Source: Deltaproteobacteria bacterium (lineage in GTDB: Bacteria > Myxococcota_A > UBA9160 > SMWR01). Taken from it: a stretch of 64,000 bases of DNA. Each line of letters begins with the position of its first letter. Positions within the stretch are counted from its first letter, which is position 1. Shown piece after piece: positions 27,637 to 36,923 of the stretch. The notes beneath the pieces were generated by a model that saw nothing but the letters and a program-made list of their open reading frames with translations, did not search any database and was not told the origin of the DNA. The stretch covers positions 5,385 through 69,384 of the forward strand of contig JAQBHB010000002.1 of the NCBI GenBank assembly GCA_032128115.1, in the 5' to 3' direction. Both the position numbers and the translations under genes were made by a program.

Positions 27637-28890
27637 ATGCTGGCGCTGGCGGCGTTGGGGTGCTGCGCCCTGGGCGCCTCCGAGATCGAGCGGATCAGCC
27701 GGCGCGGCCCGGGGATGCCCGTCAACGCCGGCGCCTACCATCCGGCCGCCAGCCACGACTGCGGTGTGGTCGTCTTCAGCATGGCCGGCAGCGTCTTCGC
27801 GTACGAACCCGGGCGCGAGGGGCTGGAACGCATCAGCGTCGCCCGCGACGGCGGCGTGGCGAATCATTCCAGCGGACCCTCCGCCATCAGTTCCGGAGGC
27901 CGATTCGTGGCGTTCCAGTCCGGCGCCTCGAACCTGGTCGCCGCGGACCGCAACCGCCATGACGACACGTTCGTCCGCGACCGCGAGACCGGTGAGACCA
28001 CGCGGGTGAGTGTTTCGAATCGCGGCATCGAAGCCGACGACGTCGGCGCCCCACTGGGCCACCCCCTGGCCCTGAGCGCGGACGGGCAGATCGCGGCCTT
28101 CAGCTCGAGGGCCGCCAACCTGGCCTTCGGAGACCGCAACCAGAAGATGGACGCCTTCATCCGCGACCGGATGCGCGGCAAGATTCAACGGGTCAGCATC
28201 TCATCCCGGTCCAAGGAAGCCGACGGGGACAGCTTCGCCACGGGCATGAGCGCCAGCGGTCGCTTCGTGGTGTTTTCGTCCGATGCCACCAACCTGGTGC
28301 CCGGAGACGTAAACGCCGCGCGCGATGTCTTCGTGCGCGATCGGGGCTCGGGCCTCACCACGCGAGTCAGCGTCTCGGACTCCTGGCGCCAGGGCAACGG
28401 AACCAGCGATTTCGGAGTGGTCAGTGACAACGGCCGCTTCGTGGCATTTGCCTCCGAGGCCTCGAACCTGGTGACGAACGACGGCAACGGCGCGCGTGAC
28501 ATCCTGGTTCGCGATCGGGTCCGGGAGGTCACGCTGCTGGTGAGCGCCACCGCCAAGGGTGAGCCGGGCAACGGCCCCAGTGACTTTCCGGCCATCAGCT
28601 CCAGTGGCCGCTTCATCGCCTTCAGCTCCAGGGCCGAAAACCTGGTGGAGAAGGACACCAACGGCGTCGCCGATGTCTTTGTGTACGACGGCTGGCGGGG
28701 CCGGATGACCCGGGTGAGCGTTTCCAACGCTGGCACCCAGGCCGATGGCGACAGTGGCCAGTGGTCGGTGGCGATCAGCCCCGACGGGTCGTGCGTGGCC
28801 TTCGATTCGTACGCAACCAATCTCGTGCCCGACGACGGCAACAAGACCCTCGACGTCTTCGTGGTGCGGCGATTGCACGCGTCGCCGTGA
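27637..28890 (+). CDS. Secreted TolB-like beta-propeller (PD40/WD40-like repeat) protein
   Basis: Short signal peptide MLALAALGCCALGA. About seven to eight tandem units of G..S..P.IS.DGRFVAF.S.A.NLV..D.N...DVFVRDR..G.TTRVSVS. The ATG at 27637 is preferred over the TTG at 27613. Confidence 0.75.
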   Translation: MLALAALGCCALGASEIERISRRGPGMPVNAGAYHPAASHDCGVVVFSMAGSVFAYEPGREGLERISVARDGGVANHSSGPSAISSGGRFVAFQSGASNLVAADRNRHDDTFVRDRETGETTRVSVSNRGIEADDVGAPLGHPLALSADGQIAAFSSRAANLAFGDRNQKMDAFIRDRMRGKIQRVSISSRSKEADGDSFATGMSASGRFVVFSSDATNLVPGDVNAARDVFVRDRGSGLTTRVSVSDSWRQGNGTSDFGVVSDNGRFVAFASEASNLVTNDGNGARDILVRDRVREVTLLVSATAKGEPGNGPSDFPAISSSGRFIAFSSRAENLVEKDTNGVADVFVYDGWRGRMTRVSVSNAGTQADGDSGQWSVAISPDGSCVAFDSYATNLVPDDGNKTLDVFVVRRLHASP

Positions 28891-29642
28891 GTCCCATCTA
28901 CGCCCTCGGGCCCGAGATCTCCTTCCCGCCGGTGGAAGAGGCGGACAAGAGCGGCCTGCTGGCGGTGGGGGGCGACCTTTCGGCGGAACGCCTGTTGCTG
29001 GCCTACTCGCTGGGAATCTTTCCCTGGTACGAGGACGGGCAACCCGTTCTGTGGCATGCCCCGGACCCGCGCATGCTGCTGGCCCCGTCGGCCCTGCGAG
29101 TTTCGCGCAGCCTGGCTCGCAGCCTGCGCCGCGGTCGCTTCGAGCTGCGACTCGATACGGCGTTCCGGGCGGTGGTGCGCGGGTGCGCCGAGGCGCCGCG
29201 CAAGGGCGAACCGGGAACCTGGATCACGGACGACATGTTCGAGGCCTACTGCCTCCTGCACGAGCTGGGCTTCGCCCACAGCGTCGAATCGTGGCAGCGG
29301 GGCGAGTTGGTGGGCGGCATGTACGGGGTGTCCCTGGGTGGATGCTTCTTCGGCGAGTCCATGTTTGCGCGCCAGCGCGACGCTTCGAAGGTGGCGCTGG
29401 TGGGACTGGTGCGACAGATCGAGGCCTGGGGCTTCGACCTGCTCGACTGCCAGATCCACTCCGATCACCTGGCGCGGCTGGGCGCCGCCGAACGTCCGCG
29501 GGGCTGGTTCACCCGCGCCCTGGGGTTCTCGTTGCAGAAACAGACGCGGCGCGGCGCGTGGCACTTCGACCCCGCAGTTCTCGACGATCTGTCGCAGCAG
29601 AGGGCCAGGTCCGCGCTTCCAGACCGCTGCGCCGAGCCGTAG
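28887..29642 (+). CDS. aat: Leucyl/phenylalanyl-tRNA--protein transferase
   Basis: GTG within GTGA overlaps the previous stop. LLAVGGDLSAERLLLAYSLGIFPWYEDGQPVLWHAPDPR...GTWITDDMFEAYCLLHELGFAHSVESW..GELVGGMYGVSLGGCFFGESMF closely parallels E. coli Aat. Confidence 0.9.
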   Translation: MSPIYALGPEISFPPVEEADKSGLLAVGGDLSAERLLLAYSLGIFPWYEDGQPVLWHAPDPRMLLAPSALRVSRSLARSLRRGRFELRLDTAFRAVVRGCAEAPRKGEPGTWITDDMFEAYCLLHELGFAHSVESWQRGELVGGMYGVSLGGCFFGESMFARQRDASKVALVGLVRQIEAWGFDLLDCQIHSDHLARLGAAERPRGWFTRALGFSLQKQTRRGAWHFDPAVLDDLSQQRARSALPDRCAEP

Positions 29643-29643
29643 A

Positions 29644-30552
29644 ATGGCCGCGCGCACCGATTCCCCGCGCACCGGAGGCCGTCCCCCATTGACCCTGCGC
29701 AATCTTGCATTCGAAGGGCCCAACGCCGAGCAGATCGAGTACTGGAACGCCCAGGCGGGCCCGCGTTGGGTGAGCGCCCAGGAGATTCTCGATGCACAGC
29801 TCTCCGAGATCGGGCTGCGCGGCATGGAACGCGCGGAGGTGGCGGGCGGTCATCAGGTTCTCGACGTGGGCTGCGGTTGCGGCCAGACCAGCCTGCAGCT
29901 GGCCGAGCGGGTCGGCCCGGAAGGTTCCGTCACCGGAATCGACATCTCCTCGGTGATGCTGGCGCGCGCCCGCGACCGGGCGGCGGGCTGGGGAAGCGTG
30001 CGTTTCGAGAATGCCGACGCCCAGACGGAGGAGCTTCCCGCCGGGCACTTCGACCGCATCTTCTCTCGCTTCGGCGTGATGTTCTTCGGCGACCCCAAGG
30101 CCGCCTTCCGGAACCTGCACGCGGCCTGCAAGCCCGGCGGGCGGCTCGCGTTCCTGTGCTGGCAGGCGCTCGGGCGCAACGATTGGATGCGGGTGCCCTT
30201 GGCCGCCGCGGCCGCGCACCTGACGCTGCCCGCCCCCCCGTCGCCGGACGCACCCGGACCGTTCGCATTCGCGGATCCGGAACACGTGTGTGGGATCCTG
30301 GCGAGCGCGGGCTTCCACGACGTGGCCTGGGGACCACTGGAGCAGCCCCTCTCGGTGGGAGGCGGCGCGGACGTGGACACGGTCGCCGAGTTCCTGTTGG
30401 GCCTGGGACCGTTGGGGCGCATCATCGGCGATGGGGATGATGCCACCCGCGCCCGGGTGATGGGCGCCATTCGCGAGTCGCTGGCTCCCTACACAACCGC
30501 AAGCGGCGTCCGCATGGACTCGGCCGCCTGGGTCTTCACGGCCAATCCGTGA
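29644..30552 (+). CDS. Class I SAM-dependent methyltransferase
   Basis: Inner ATG, 1 nt after the aat stop. VLDVGCGCGQTS (motif I) and GGRLAFLCW. Confidence 0.8.
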   Translation: MAARTDSPRTGGRPPLTLRNLAFEGPNAEQIEYWNAQAGPRWVSAQEILDAQLSEIGLRGMERAEVAGGHQVLDVGCGCGQTSLQLAERVGPEGSVTGIDISSVMLARARDRAAGWGSVRFENADAQTEELPAGHFDRIFSRFGVMFFGDPKAAFRNLHAACKPGGRLAFLCWQALGRNDWMRVPLAAAAAHLTLPAPPSPDAPGPFAFADPEHVCGILASAGFHDVAWGPLEQPLSVGGGADVDTVAEFLLGLGPLGRIIGDGDDATRARVMGAIRESLAPYTTASGVRMDSAAWVFTANP

Positions 30553-30597
30553 ACCGGCACCGATCCGTGAACCGGCACCACGTCGTGAACCGGCACC
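30548..30597. repeat. Three tandem copies (18-bp period) of core CGTGAACCGGCACC
   Basis: Cores at 30548-30561, 30566-30579 and 30584-30597. The first includes the methyltransferase TGA stop. The array ends 7 nt before ATG 30605. Confidence 0.95.
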
Positions 30598-30604
30598 ACG
30601 TGCG

Positions 30605-31810
30605 ATGAGCGCGAAAGCCGACTGGGGCTGGGCCAGCGAACTCGAGGACGTCTCGTCCCAGGTGGCCATCGTCGGCGTGGGCGACGCCGACCAGACCCGG
30701 GCCTCGGGCCGCACCGCCCTCGAAATCGCGGGCCAGGCCGTCGAGCGCGCCATCGCCGACGCGGGACTTCGGCCCGAAGACGTGGACGGGATCCTCTTCA
30801 GCGGCGGTCTCGGAGACGCCTTCGACGACAAGGCCTTCCGTGCCCACTTCGGCACGCATCACGAAATGTTCACCTCGGGCGCAGGCGGTGCCATGGTGTG
30901 GGCGGCCACGGCGCCCTGCATCGCCGCGAAGGCCCTGCAGAGCGGCAGGGCCCGCCACATCGTGAACGTCTTCTCGGTGTCGTGGGCCACGCAGCGCTCG
31001 AGCATGCTGGGGGGGCCCGGTCAGTTCCACGCGGCCGAGCGCTTCAAGCGAAATCTGGAGGTTCCCTTCGGCTGGTTTCCCCAGCCTGTCTACTTCGCAA
31101 CCATCGCGCGCCGCCACATGTTCGAGTTCGGCACCACGCCCGAACAACTCGGCGCCATCGCCGTGGCATGCCGCCGCCACGCCAACCTGCACCCGGGCGC
31201 CGTCATGAGGGACAAGACCCTGACTCTCGACGACTACCTGGCGCGACCCATGCTGGTGGATCCCCTGCGCGTGGAAGATTGCTGCCTGATCTCCGACGGG
31301 GGCGGCGCCTACGTGATGACCACTCCCGAGCGCGCCCGCGACCTGCGCAAGCCGCCGGTTCTCGTGGCCGGTGTGGGCGAGGCCCATTCGGCCACCGGCA
31401 CCTACTGGAGTCAGCAATCGGCCTTCACCAGCACGCCCCAGGTCTTCTCGGCGCCCGCGGCCTTCGCCATGGCGGGGCTCTCCCCCAGCGACGTGGATGT
31501 GCTGACCCTCTACGATCCCTTCACGATCGTGGCGCTCATGCAGATCGAGGACATGGGCTTCTGCCCCAAGGGCGAGGGCGGCCGCTTCGTGGAGGGAACG
31601 CGCCTGCACCACGACGGCGGCGGGCTTCCCTACAACACCCACGGCGGTCTGCTCTCCCACGCCTACGTGCTCGGCATCTCCCATGTGGTGGAGGTGGTGC
31701 GCCAACTGCGGGGCGAGGCCGCCGCCCAGGTGCCCGACGCGAAGGTGGGCGTCTACGGCGGCTACACCGGGCACATGGCCAGCACGCTGGTCATGCGGAG
31801 CGAGGCGTGA
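30605..31810 (+). CDS. Thiolase-like protein (SCP-x / lipid-transfer-protein-type thiolase)
   Basis: 401 aa. VAIVGVGDA...; a thiolase-fold C-terminus (NTHGGLLSHAYVLGISHVVEVVRQLRGEA); typical partner of a DUF35 protein. Confidence 0.75.
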   Translation: MSAKADWGWASELEDVSSQVAIVGVGDADQTRASGRTALEIAGQAVERAIADAGLRPEDVDGILFSGGLGDAFDDKAFRAHFGTHHEMFTSGAGGAMVWAATAPCIAAKALQSGRARHIVNVFSVSWATQRSSMLGGPGQFHAAERFKRNLEVPFGWFPQPVYFATIARRHMFEFGTTPEQLGAIAVACRRHANLHPGAVMRDKTLTLDDYLARPMLVDPLRVEDCCLISDGGGAYVMTTPERARDLRKPPVLVAGVGEAHSATGTYWSQQSAFTSTPQVFSAPAAFAMAGLSPSDVDVLTLYDPFTIVALMQIEDMGFCPKGEGGRFVEGTRLHHDGGGLPYNTHGGLLSHAYVLGISHVVEVVRQLRGEAAAQVPDAKVGVYGGYTGHMASTLVMRSEA

Positions 31811-32238
31811 GCATCCCCTTCCCCATGCCCGACACCGAGTGGGAGGCCACCCGCGAGTTCTGGCAGGCCGCCTCCGAGAATCGGCTCGTGATCCCCCGCT
31901 GCTCGGCGTGCCAGACCTGGAACTGGTATCCGGGAGAAGTGTGCCGAGCCTGCCACGACGGATCGCTTTCGTGGACGCCCGTGTCGGGTCGCGGCACGCT
32001 CTTCTCCTGGGCGCTGGTGGACCGCGCCTTCGTGCCGGCGTTCGCAGAGGAGATCCCCTATCTCACGGGCCTGGTGTCGCTGGCGGAAGACCCGGCCGTG
32101 CGCCTGGTGACGCGCCTGGTGGACTGCGAGCCCGGCGACCTGCGCATGGATCTCCCCATGCAGGTGGTGTACCGCCCCCTGCGCTTCCCGGAGACACCGG
32201 ACGAGGTCATGGCCCCCTTCTTCGCCCCGGCCATTTGA
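31807..32238 (+). CDS. Zn-ribbon/OB-fold protein (DUF35 family)
   Basis: GTGA overlap with the thiolase stop. IPRCSACQTWNWYPGEVCRACHDGSLSWTPVSGRGTLFSW is the DUF35 rubredoxin-like ribbon plus OB fold. Confidence 0.8.
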   Translation: MSIPFPMPDTEWEATREFWQAASENRLVIPRCSACQTWNWYPGEVCRACHDGSLSWTPVSGRGTLFSWALVDRAFVPAFAEEIPYLTGLVSLAEDPAVRLVTRLVDCEPGDLRMDLPMQVVYRPLRFPETPDEVMAPFFAPAI

Positions 32239-32423
32239 ATTCGCCAGACCCTTCCTGTACCAACCCTGGATTCCTCGCCCTGGCCATCGCCTGGCCGGGC
32301 GTAAGCCGCGCGGACTCCCGACTCCAGATCGTCCTGGGGGATCCGGACTGGGAACTTCCCGACGTGGGGCCTGGGTTCGCCAGGCGCGCAGCGTCCGGGT
32401 TTCGGCCGTGGGCGACCGTCTGC

Positions 32424-33599
32424 CTACTCGGGTTCGAGCTGGAAGCGCTCGAGGTAGGGGGCGAAGGCCTCTCGGATGGCTTCCGGAGCGATCCCGAACT
32501 CCTCGGGCGTATAGCGATGGATTCCGTGCTTGCCCTTGGGGTTGTCCGCGATGAAGGCCTTCATCGCGGTGGCGCCTGTCTCCGTCATGGGCAGATCGAA
32601 GGCGCGGTAGATCTTCTCGACCTCGCCGAATTGATTGGAGACGAAATCCTGGAAGTACATGTCGTAGAACCGGGCGTCCGGATAGGCTGCGGCGCTTCGC
32701 ACGGAGATGGCGTGCTCGAGCACGTGCTTGATGCGCGCGGTCCAGTCCGACGCGATCTCCACCGGGTCCACTTCGTCACTGCCCATGGATCGAACCAGTG
32801 CGGTGAGGCTCGCGTACGACGTCATGGTCTTTACGGGGTCCCTATGCGTGAAGACGATGCGCGCATCCGGATACGTGCGAAGCAGGTGCTCGAGCCCCCA
32901 CATGTGGGCGCCCGTCTTGAGCACCCAGCGCGGTCCCGGGTTGCGGAACTGCAGGTGCTGCAGCTGCTGGATGTGGAAATCGTAGACGTGCTTCCAGTCC
33001 GCTTCGAAGTCGACCCAGTCCTCGTAGCTGGGGACCCGGAACTGATTGTGGAACAAGGGAGTGCACATGGTCTCGCCCATCAGGGTCACGCACTCCTGGG
33101 ACAGCTGGGCGCCCATGGGATGCATGGCCTTGAAGGCGGGGATCTGGAGTTCGACCCCCGGGAAGGTCGCGGCGCAGGCCTCGATGCGCGGGTCCGTCGC
33201 AAAGCTTGCCGCTTCCGGGGGCGGCGAGGGGAACATGGCCTCCCAGGTCAGCGGTACCTTGTTGTCCGGGTCCGCGCCCAGGATGTCGTGCAGGATCGTG
33301 GTGCCGGTGCGCGGCATGCCGACGATGAAGACGGGCTTCGCGATCTTCTCCTGCGCGATCTCGGGCCACGACTTGCGGTCGCCCACATAGTCGAGGCGGT
33401 TGCGGGTGTGCCCAAGTACGCGCTCGCGCGCAATCATGCGACCGATGGCGTTGAGCCGCCCTTCGCGTTCCAGGGAAGCGAGCAGGCGCTCGAGGGGTTC
33501 GAGGAAGGGCCCCGGGCCGAAGTCCTGGCGACCCCCGGCCCGCCGCCACGCCTCCTGGAGGATCGAGTCCAGTTCGAGACTCGTCGCGCTTTCACTCAT
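32424..33599 (-). CDS. Sulfotransferase family protein
   Basis: Inner ATG of ORF 32424..33665. PVFIVGMPRTGTTILHDIL is the 5'-PSB PAPS loop and RIVFTHRDP the 3'-PB region. Confidence 0.75.
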   Translation of the reverse strand: MSESATSLELDSILQEAWRRAGGRQDFGPGPFLEPLERLLASLEREGRLNAIGRMIARERVLGHTRNRLDYVGDRKSWPEIAQEKIAKPVFIVGMPRTGTTILHDILGADPDNKVPLTWEAMFPSPPPEAASFATDPRIEACAATFPGVELQIPAFKAMHPMGAQLSQECVTLMGETMCTPLFHNQFRVPSYEDWVDFEADWKHVYDFHIQQLQHLQFRNPGPRWVLKTGAHMWGLEHLLRTYPDARIVFTHRDPVKTMTSYASLTALVRSMGSDEVDPVEIASDWTARIKHVLEHAISVRSAAAYPDARFYDMYFQDFVSNQFGEVEKIYRAFDLPMTETGATAMKAFIADNPKGKHGIHRYTPEEFGIAPEAIREAFAPYLERFQLEPE

Positions 33600-33775
33600 C
33601 TTCGGCTCCTCCGTGCGTCCTGGAACGCAGGCTACCGTACCCCCTGCCCGCGCAGGCGAGCGCATTCGGCAGCGGCCGCGCTGCCCCCCCTTCTTCGCTC
33701 CCGCCGTGTAAACTGACGGCCTGCCAGATACACCGGGAGATACACCGGGCCGAGACCCGGATCCCAGGGAGCCCC

Positions 33776-34957
33776 ATGGCCGATCTGTTTCGCGACGCCG
33801 CCAGCATCGATTACCCGATCGTCGATTGCGACTCCCACGTGAACGAACCGCCGGATCTGTGGCAGGAGCGCGTGCCCGCTCGCTGGAAGGATCGCGCCCC
33901 CATGGTGAAACACACCGAGAAGGGCGATGTCTGGCTCTTCGACGGCGGGCGCGAGAAGTGGCCCGTGGGCCTCACGGCCGTGGCCGGACTCTCCTACTTC
34001 GACTTCCGGCCCATGGGCATCACGTACGAAAGCATGCGCCCGGGGAGCTTCGACACCAAGGCGCGTCTGCAGGACATGGACGCGGACGGCATCTACGCCC
34101 AGGTGCTGTACCCGAGCGTCACGCTCAAGGGCGCCAAGATCTACAGCGACGAGCGCGAATTGCAGCTCGTGTGTGTTCGCGCCTACAACGACTGGCTGCT
34201 GGAATTCTGCCAGGGTTCCGGGGGCCGGCTGATTCCCCAGGCCATCATCCCCACCACCGGGCTCGACGACGCGCTCGCCGAACTCGACTACGCCCTGGCG
34301 AACGATCACCGGGGAATCGTGATCTCTTCGTTTCCCAACGGGAGCATCGACCCCAAGCCCGAGGACGATCGCTTCTGGGCGGCGATCCAGGAGGCCGGCT
34401 GCCCCGTTTCGGTGCACATCGGAAGTTTCGTGCGGGCCGACCTGGCGGGGCGACGCGAGTCGTGGTCGTCGCTGGCCTTCGTGGGCATGGCCGCGCTCAC
34501 CAAGGCGGGCGGCCAGACGCTGCCCGCCGTGTGCGACATCCTGTTCTCGGGAATCTTCCAGCGCTTTCCGGAACTCAAGATCGTGCTGGTGGAATCCAAC
34601 ATCGGCTGGATCCCCACGCTTCTCGAACAGAGCGACGACATGTTCCGGCGCTATCGCTGGTACACCGGCGCCGTCAACGAGCAGAAGGAGATGCCCAGCG
34701 ACATCTTCTTCCGGAACTTCTGGGCCACCTTCATGGTGGACACGGTGGGCATGGACCTGCGCCACCGCATGAACGTGGACCACCTGATGTGGTCCACCGA
34801 CTACCCCCACAGCGGCTCGGACTGGCCCAATTCGCGGATCACCATCGAGCGGGTGTTCCGGGACGTCCCGGTGGACCAGGTCAAGAAGATGCTCCACAGC
34901 AACTGCGTGAAGCTCTACGGACTGGACCACATTCCCGAGCGTCTACCCCACCGCTGA
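33776..34957 (+). CDS. Amidohydrolase-2 family protein (ACMSD/LigW-like metal-dependent hydrolase/decarboxylase)
   Basis: Contains IVDCDSHVNEP...; ...MWSTDYPHSGSDWP. Confidence 0.75.
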   Translation: MADLFRDAASIDYPIVDCDSHVNEPPDLWQERVPARWKDRAPMVKHTEKGDVWLFDGGREKWPVGLTAVAGLSYFDFRPMGITYESMRPGSFDTKARLQDMDADGIYAQVLYPSVTLKGAKIYSDERELQLVCVRAYNDWLLEFCQGSGGRLIPQAIIPTTGLDDALAELDYALANDHRGIVISSFPNGSIDPKPEDDRFWAAIQEAGCPVSVHIGSFVRADLAGRRESWSSLAFVGMAALTKAGGQTLPAVCDILFSGIFQRFPELKIVLVESNIGWIPTLLEQSDDMFRRYRWYTGAVNEQKEMPSDIFFRNFWATFMVDTVGMDLRHRMNVDHLMWSTDYPHSGSDWPNSRITIERVFRDVPVDQVKKMLHSNCVKLYGLDHIPERLPHR

Positions 34958-35051
34958 ATGGATACGGTGCTTTTTCACCACATCTCCGAGGCTTGAAAAC
35001 CCTGTCTCGGCCGCGCTACTAGACCAACGCTTCCTGGGGGACCCATCTCGC

Positions 35052-36188
35052 ATGACCGCGCTGAAGGTCGGGATCGTGGGCGTGGGCAACTGCGCCAGTT
35101 CCCTGGTTCAGGGGATCGAGTACTACCGCGGCCGCAGCGCCGAGGACGCGGTGGGCCTCATGCACTGGAGCCTCGGCGGCTATACGCCCGCGAGCCTCGA
35201 GGTGGTGGCCGCCTTCGACATCGATGCCCGCAAGGTGGGGCACGACGTGAGCGAAGCGATCTTCGCCGCGCCCAACTGCACCACGGTCTTCCATCCCAAC
35301 GTGCCCAAGGCCGGCATTCCGGTGCGCATGGGCCGCATCCTGGACGGCTTCTCCGATCACATGCGCGACTACGAGGAGCGCCGCACCTTCGTGCTCTCGG
35401 ACGCATTCGAGGCCGACCGGGATGAGGTGGTGCGCGTTCTCGTGGACGCGGGCACCCACGTGCTCGTGAACTATCTGCCGGTGGGATCGGAGCAGGCCAC
35501 GCGTTTCTACGCCGAGTGCGCTCTCGAGGCGCGCTGTGCCTTCGTGAACTGCATGCCCGTATTCATCGCCAGCAATCCCGACTGGGCCCGGCGCTTCGAG
35601 GAAGCGAACCTCCCGATCGTGGGCGACGACATCAAGGCCCAACTGGGCGCCACCATCACCCACCGCATGCTCACCGACCTGTTCCACAAGCGGGGCGTCA
35701 AGCTCGAGCGCACCTACCAGCTCAACACGGGCGGCAACACCGACTTCCTCAACATGCTGAACCGGACGCGGCTCTCCTCCAAGAAGGAGTCGAAGACCGA
35801 AGCGGTGCAGTCGGTGGCCGCCGAGCGACTCGACCCGAACGACATCCACATCGGACCCAGCGACTACGTGGCCTGGCAGAAGGACAACAAGGTCTGCTTC
35901 CTGCGCATGGAGGGAAGGCTCTTCGGCGACGTTCCCATGAACCTGGAGCTCCGCCTGTCCGTCGAGGACTCGCCCAATTCCGCCGGTGTCTCCATCGACG
36001 CCATCCGCTGCTGCAAGCTGGCGCTGGAGCGGGGCACAGGCGGCGTCCTGCACGGCCCCTCCGCCTACCTGATGAAGCACCCCCCCGTACAACACACGGA
36101 CGACGAAGCCCACCGCATGATCAACGCCTTCATCAACGGCACGGACAGTGACGAAGTAGCCCCCCGCAAGGCCAGCGCCACCGCCTAG
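35052..36188 (+). CDS. ino1: myo-Inositol-1-phosphate synthase
   Basis: Contains KVGIVGVGNCASSLVQGIEYY...AAFDIDARKVG...LVNYLPVGSE...GDDIKAQLGATITHR...YQLNTGGNTDFLN. Confidence 0.85.
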   Translation: MTALKVGIVGVGNCASSLVQGIEYYRGRSAEDAVGLMHWSLGGYTPASLEVVAAFDIDARKVGHDVSEAIFAAPNCTTVFHPNVPKAGIPVRMGRILDGFSDHMRDYEERRTFVLSDAFEADRDEVVRVLVDAGTHVLVNYLPVGSEQATRFYAECALEARCAFVNCMPVFIASNPDWARRFEEANLPIVGDDIKAQLGATITHRMLTDLFHKRGVKLERTYQLNTGGNTDFLNMLNRTRLSSKKESKTEAVQSVAAERLDPNDIHIGPSDYVAWQKDNKVCFLRMEGRLFGDVPMNLELRLSVEDSPNSAGVSIDAIRCCKLALERGTGGVLHGPSAYLMKHPPVQHTDDEAHRMINAFINGTDSDEVAPRKASATA

Positions 36189-36200
36189 CCCCGCACTCCC

Positions 36201-36911
36201 TCACCCCCATGGCGACCAACGCGCCGATCGAAGCAACCGACTCTCCCACCGATCGCGAACTTCGAGCGCATCGTGCATCCACCCGCCCGGCTGCTTGTAC
36301 TGCTCCGGCACCTCGCGCGAAATCAAAGGCGATAGCGCCTTCGGCTTCATCACCTTCTGCCACAGCACGATCTCGCGCCTGCGCCCGCCGCCGTGGGCGG
36401 TGCGAAAGGCGGCGTCGACGCTCAAGATCGAGGTGCCCGACGCCTTCGCCCGCGCCATCTCCGCTGAATAGTGCGAGCCCGATCGCTCCACGTAGGCCTC
36501 GAGCCGGCCCTCGTAGGGCCAGACCGTGTCCTCCATGAAGACCGACGGGTCGCGATCGGCCACAGCCGTGGGCACCTGCGCCAGATCCACCTCCTGGAGC
36601 GGAGACCACGGCAGCGGCACCAGGATCTTGCCCGTGACGTCGTGGCGCAGGCCGTCGAGCTTCTCGGCCGCCAGAGCCAGATCGCCAGCGTCGATGCGCC
36701 GCACCAGCGCCTCGAAGGCCGCGCCGTCGCGGAGGGCGGTGATGGTGACCACGTTGTACGAGACGCCGGTGCCGTGGGCGTGGTGCAGGAAGTAGAGCAG
36801 GCGCGCGTCGCCACCCGAGCCGAGCGCCGGCCACCACTCGTCGCGGAACGCCGCCTCGAAGGCGTCTTCGTGGCGACCCATCACCTCGTGGACTTCGTGC
36901 AGGTAGAGCAT
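36201..36911 (-). CDS. Hypothetical protein, possibly tandem NIPSNAP-like / dimeric alpha-beta barrel halves
   Basis: 236-aa ORF with protein-like composition and two similar halves. The function is not recognised with confidence. Confidence 0.5.
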   Translation of the reverse strand: MLYLHEVHEVMGRHEDAFEAAFRDEWWPALGSGGDARLLYFLHHAHGTGVSYNVVTITALRDGAAFEALVRRIDAGDLALAAEKLDGLRHDVTGKILVPLPWSPLQEVDLAQVPTAVADRDPSVFMEDTVWPYEGRLEAYVERSGSHYSAEMARAKASGTSILSVDAAFRTAHGGGRRREIVLWQKVMKPKALSPLISREVPEQYKQPGGWMHDALEVRDRWESRLLRSARWSPWG

Positions 36912-36923
36912 GCTTCTCCGTCT

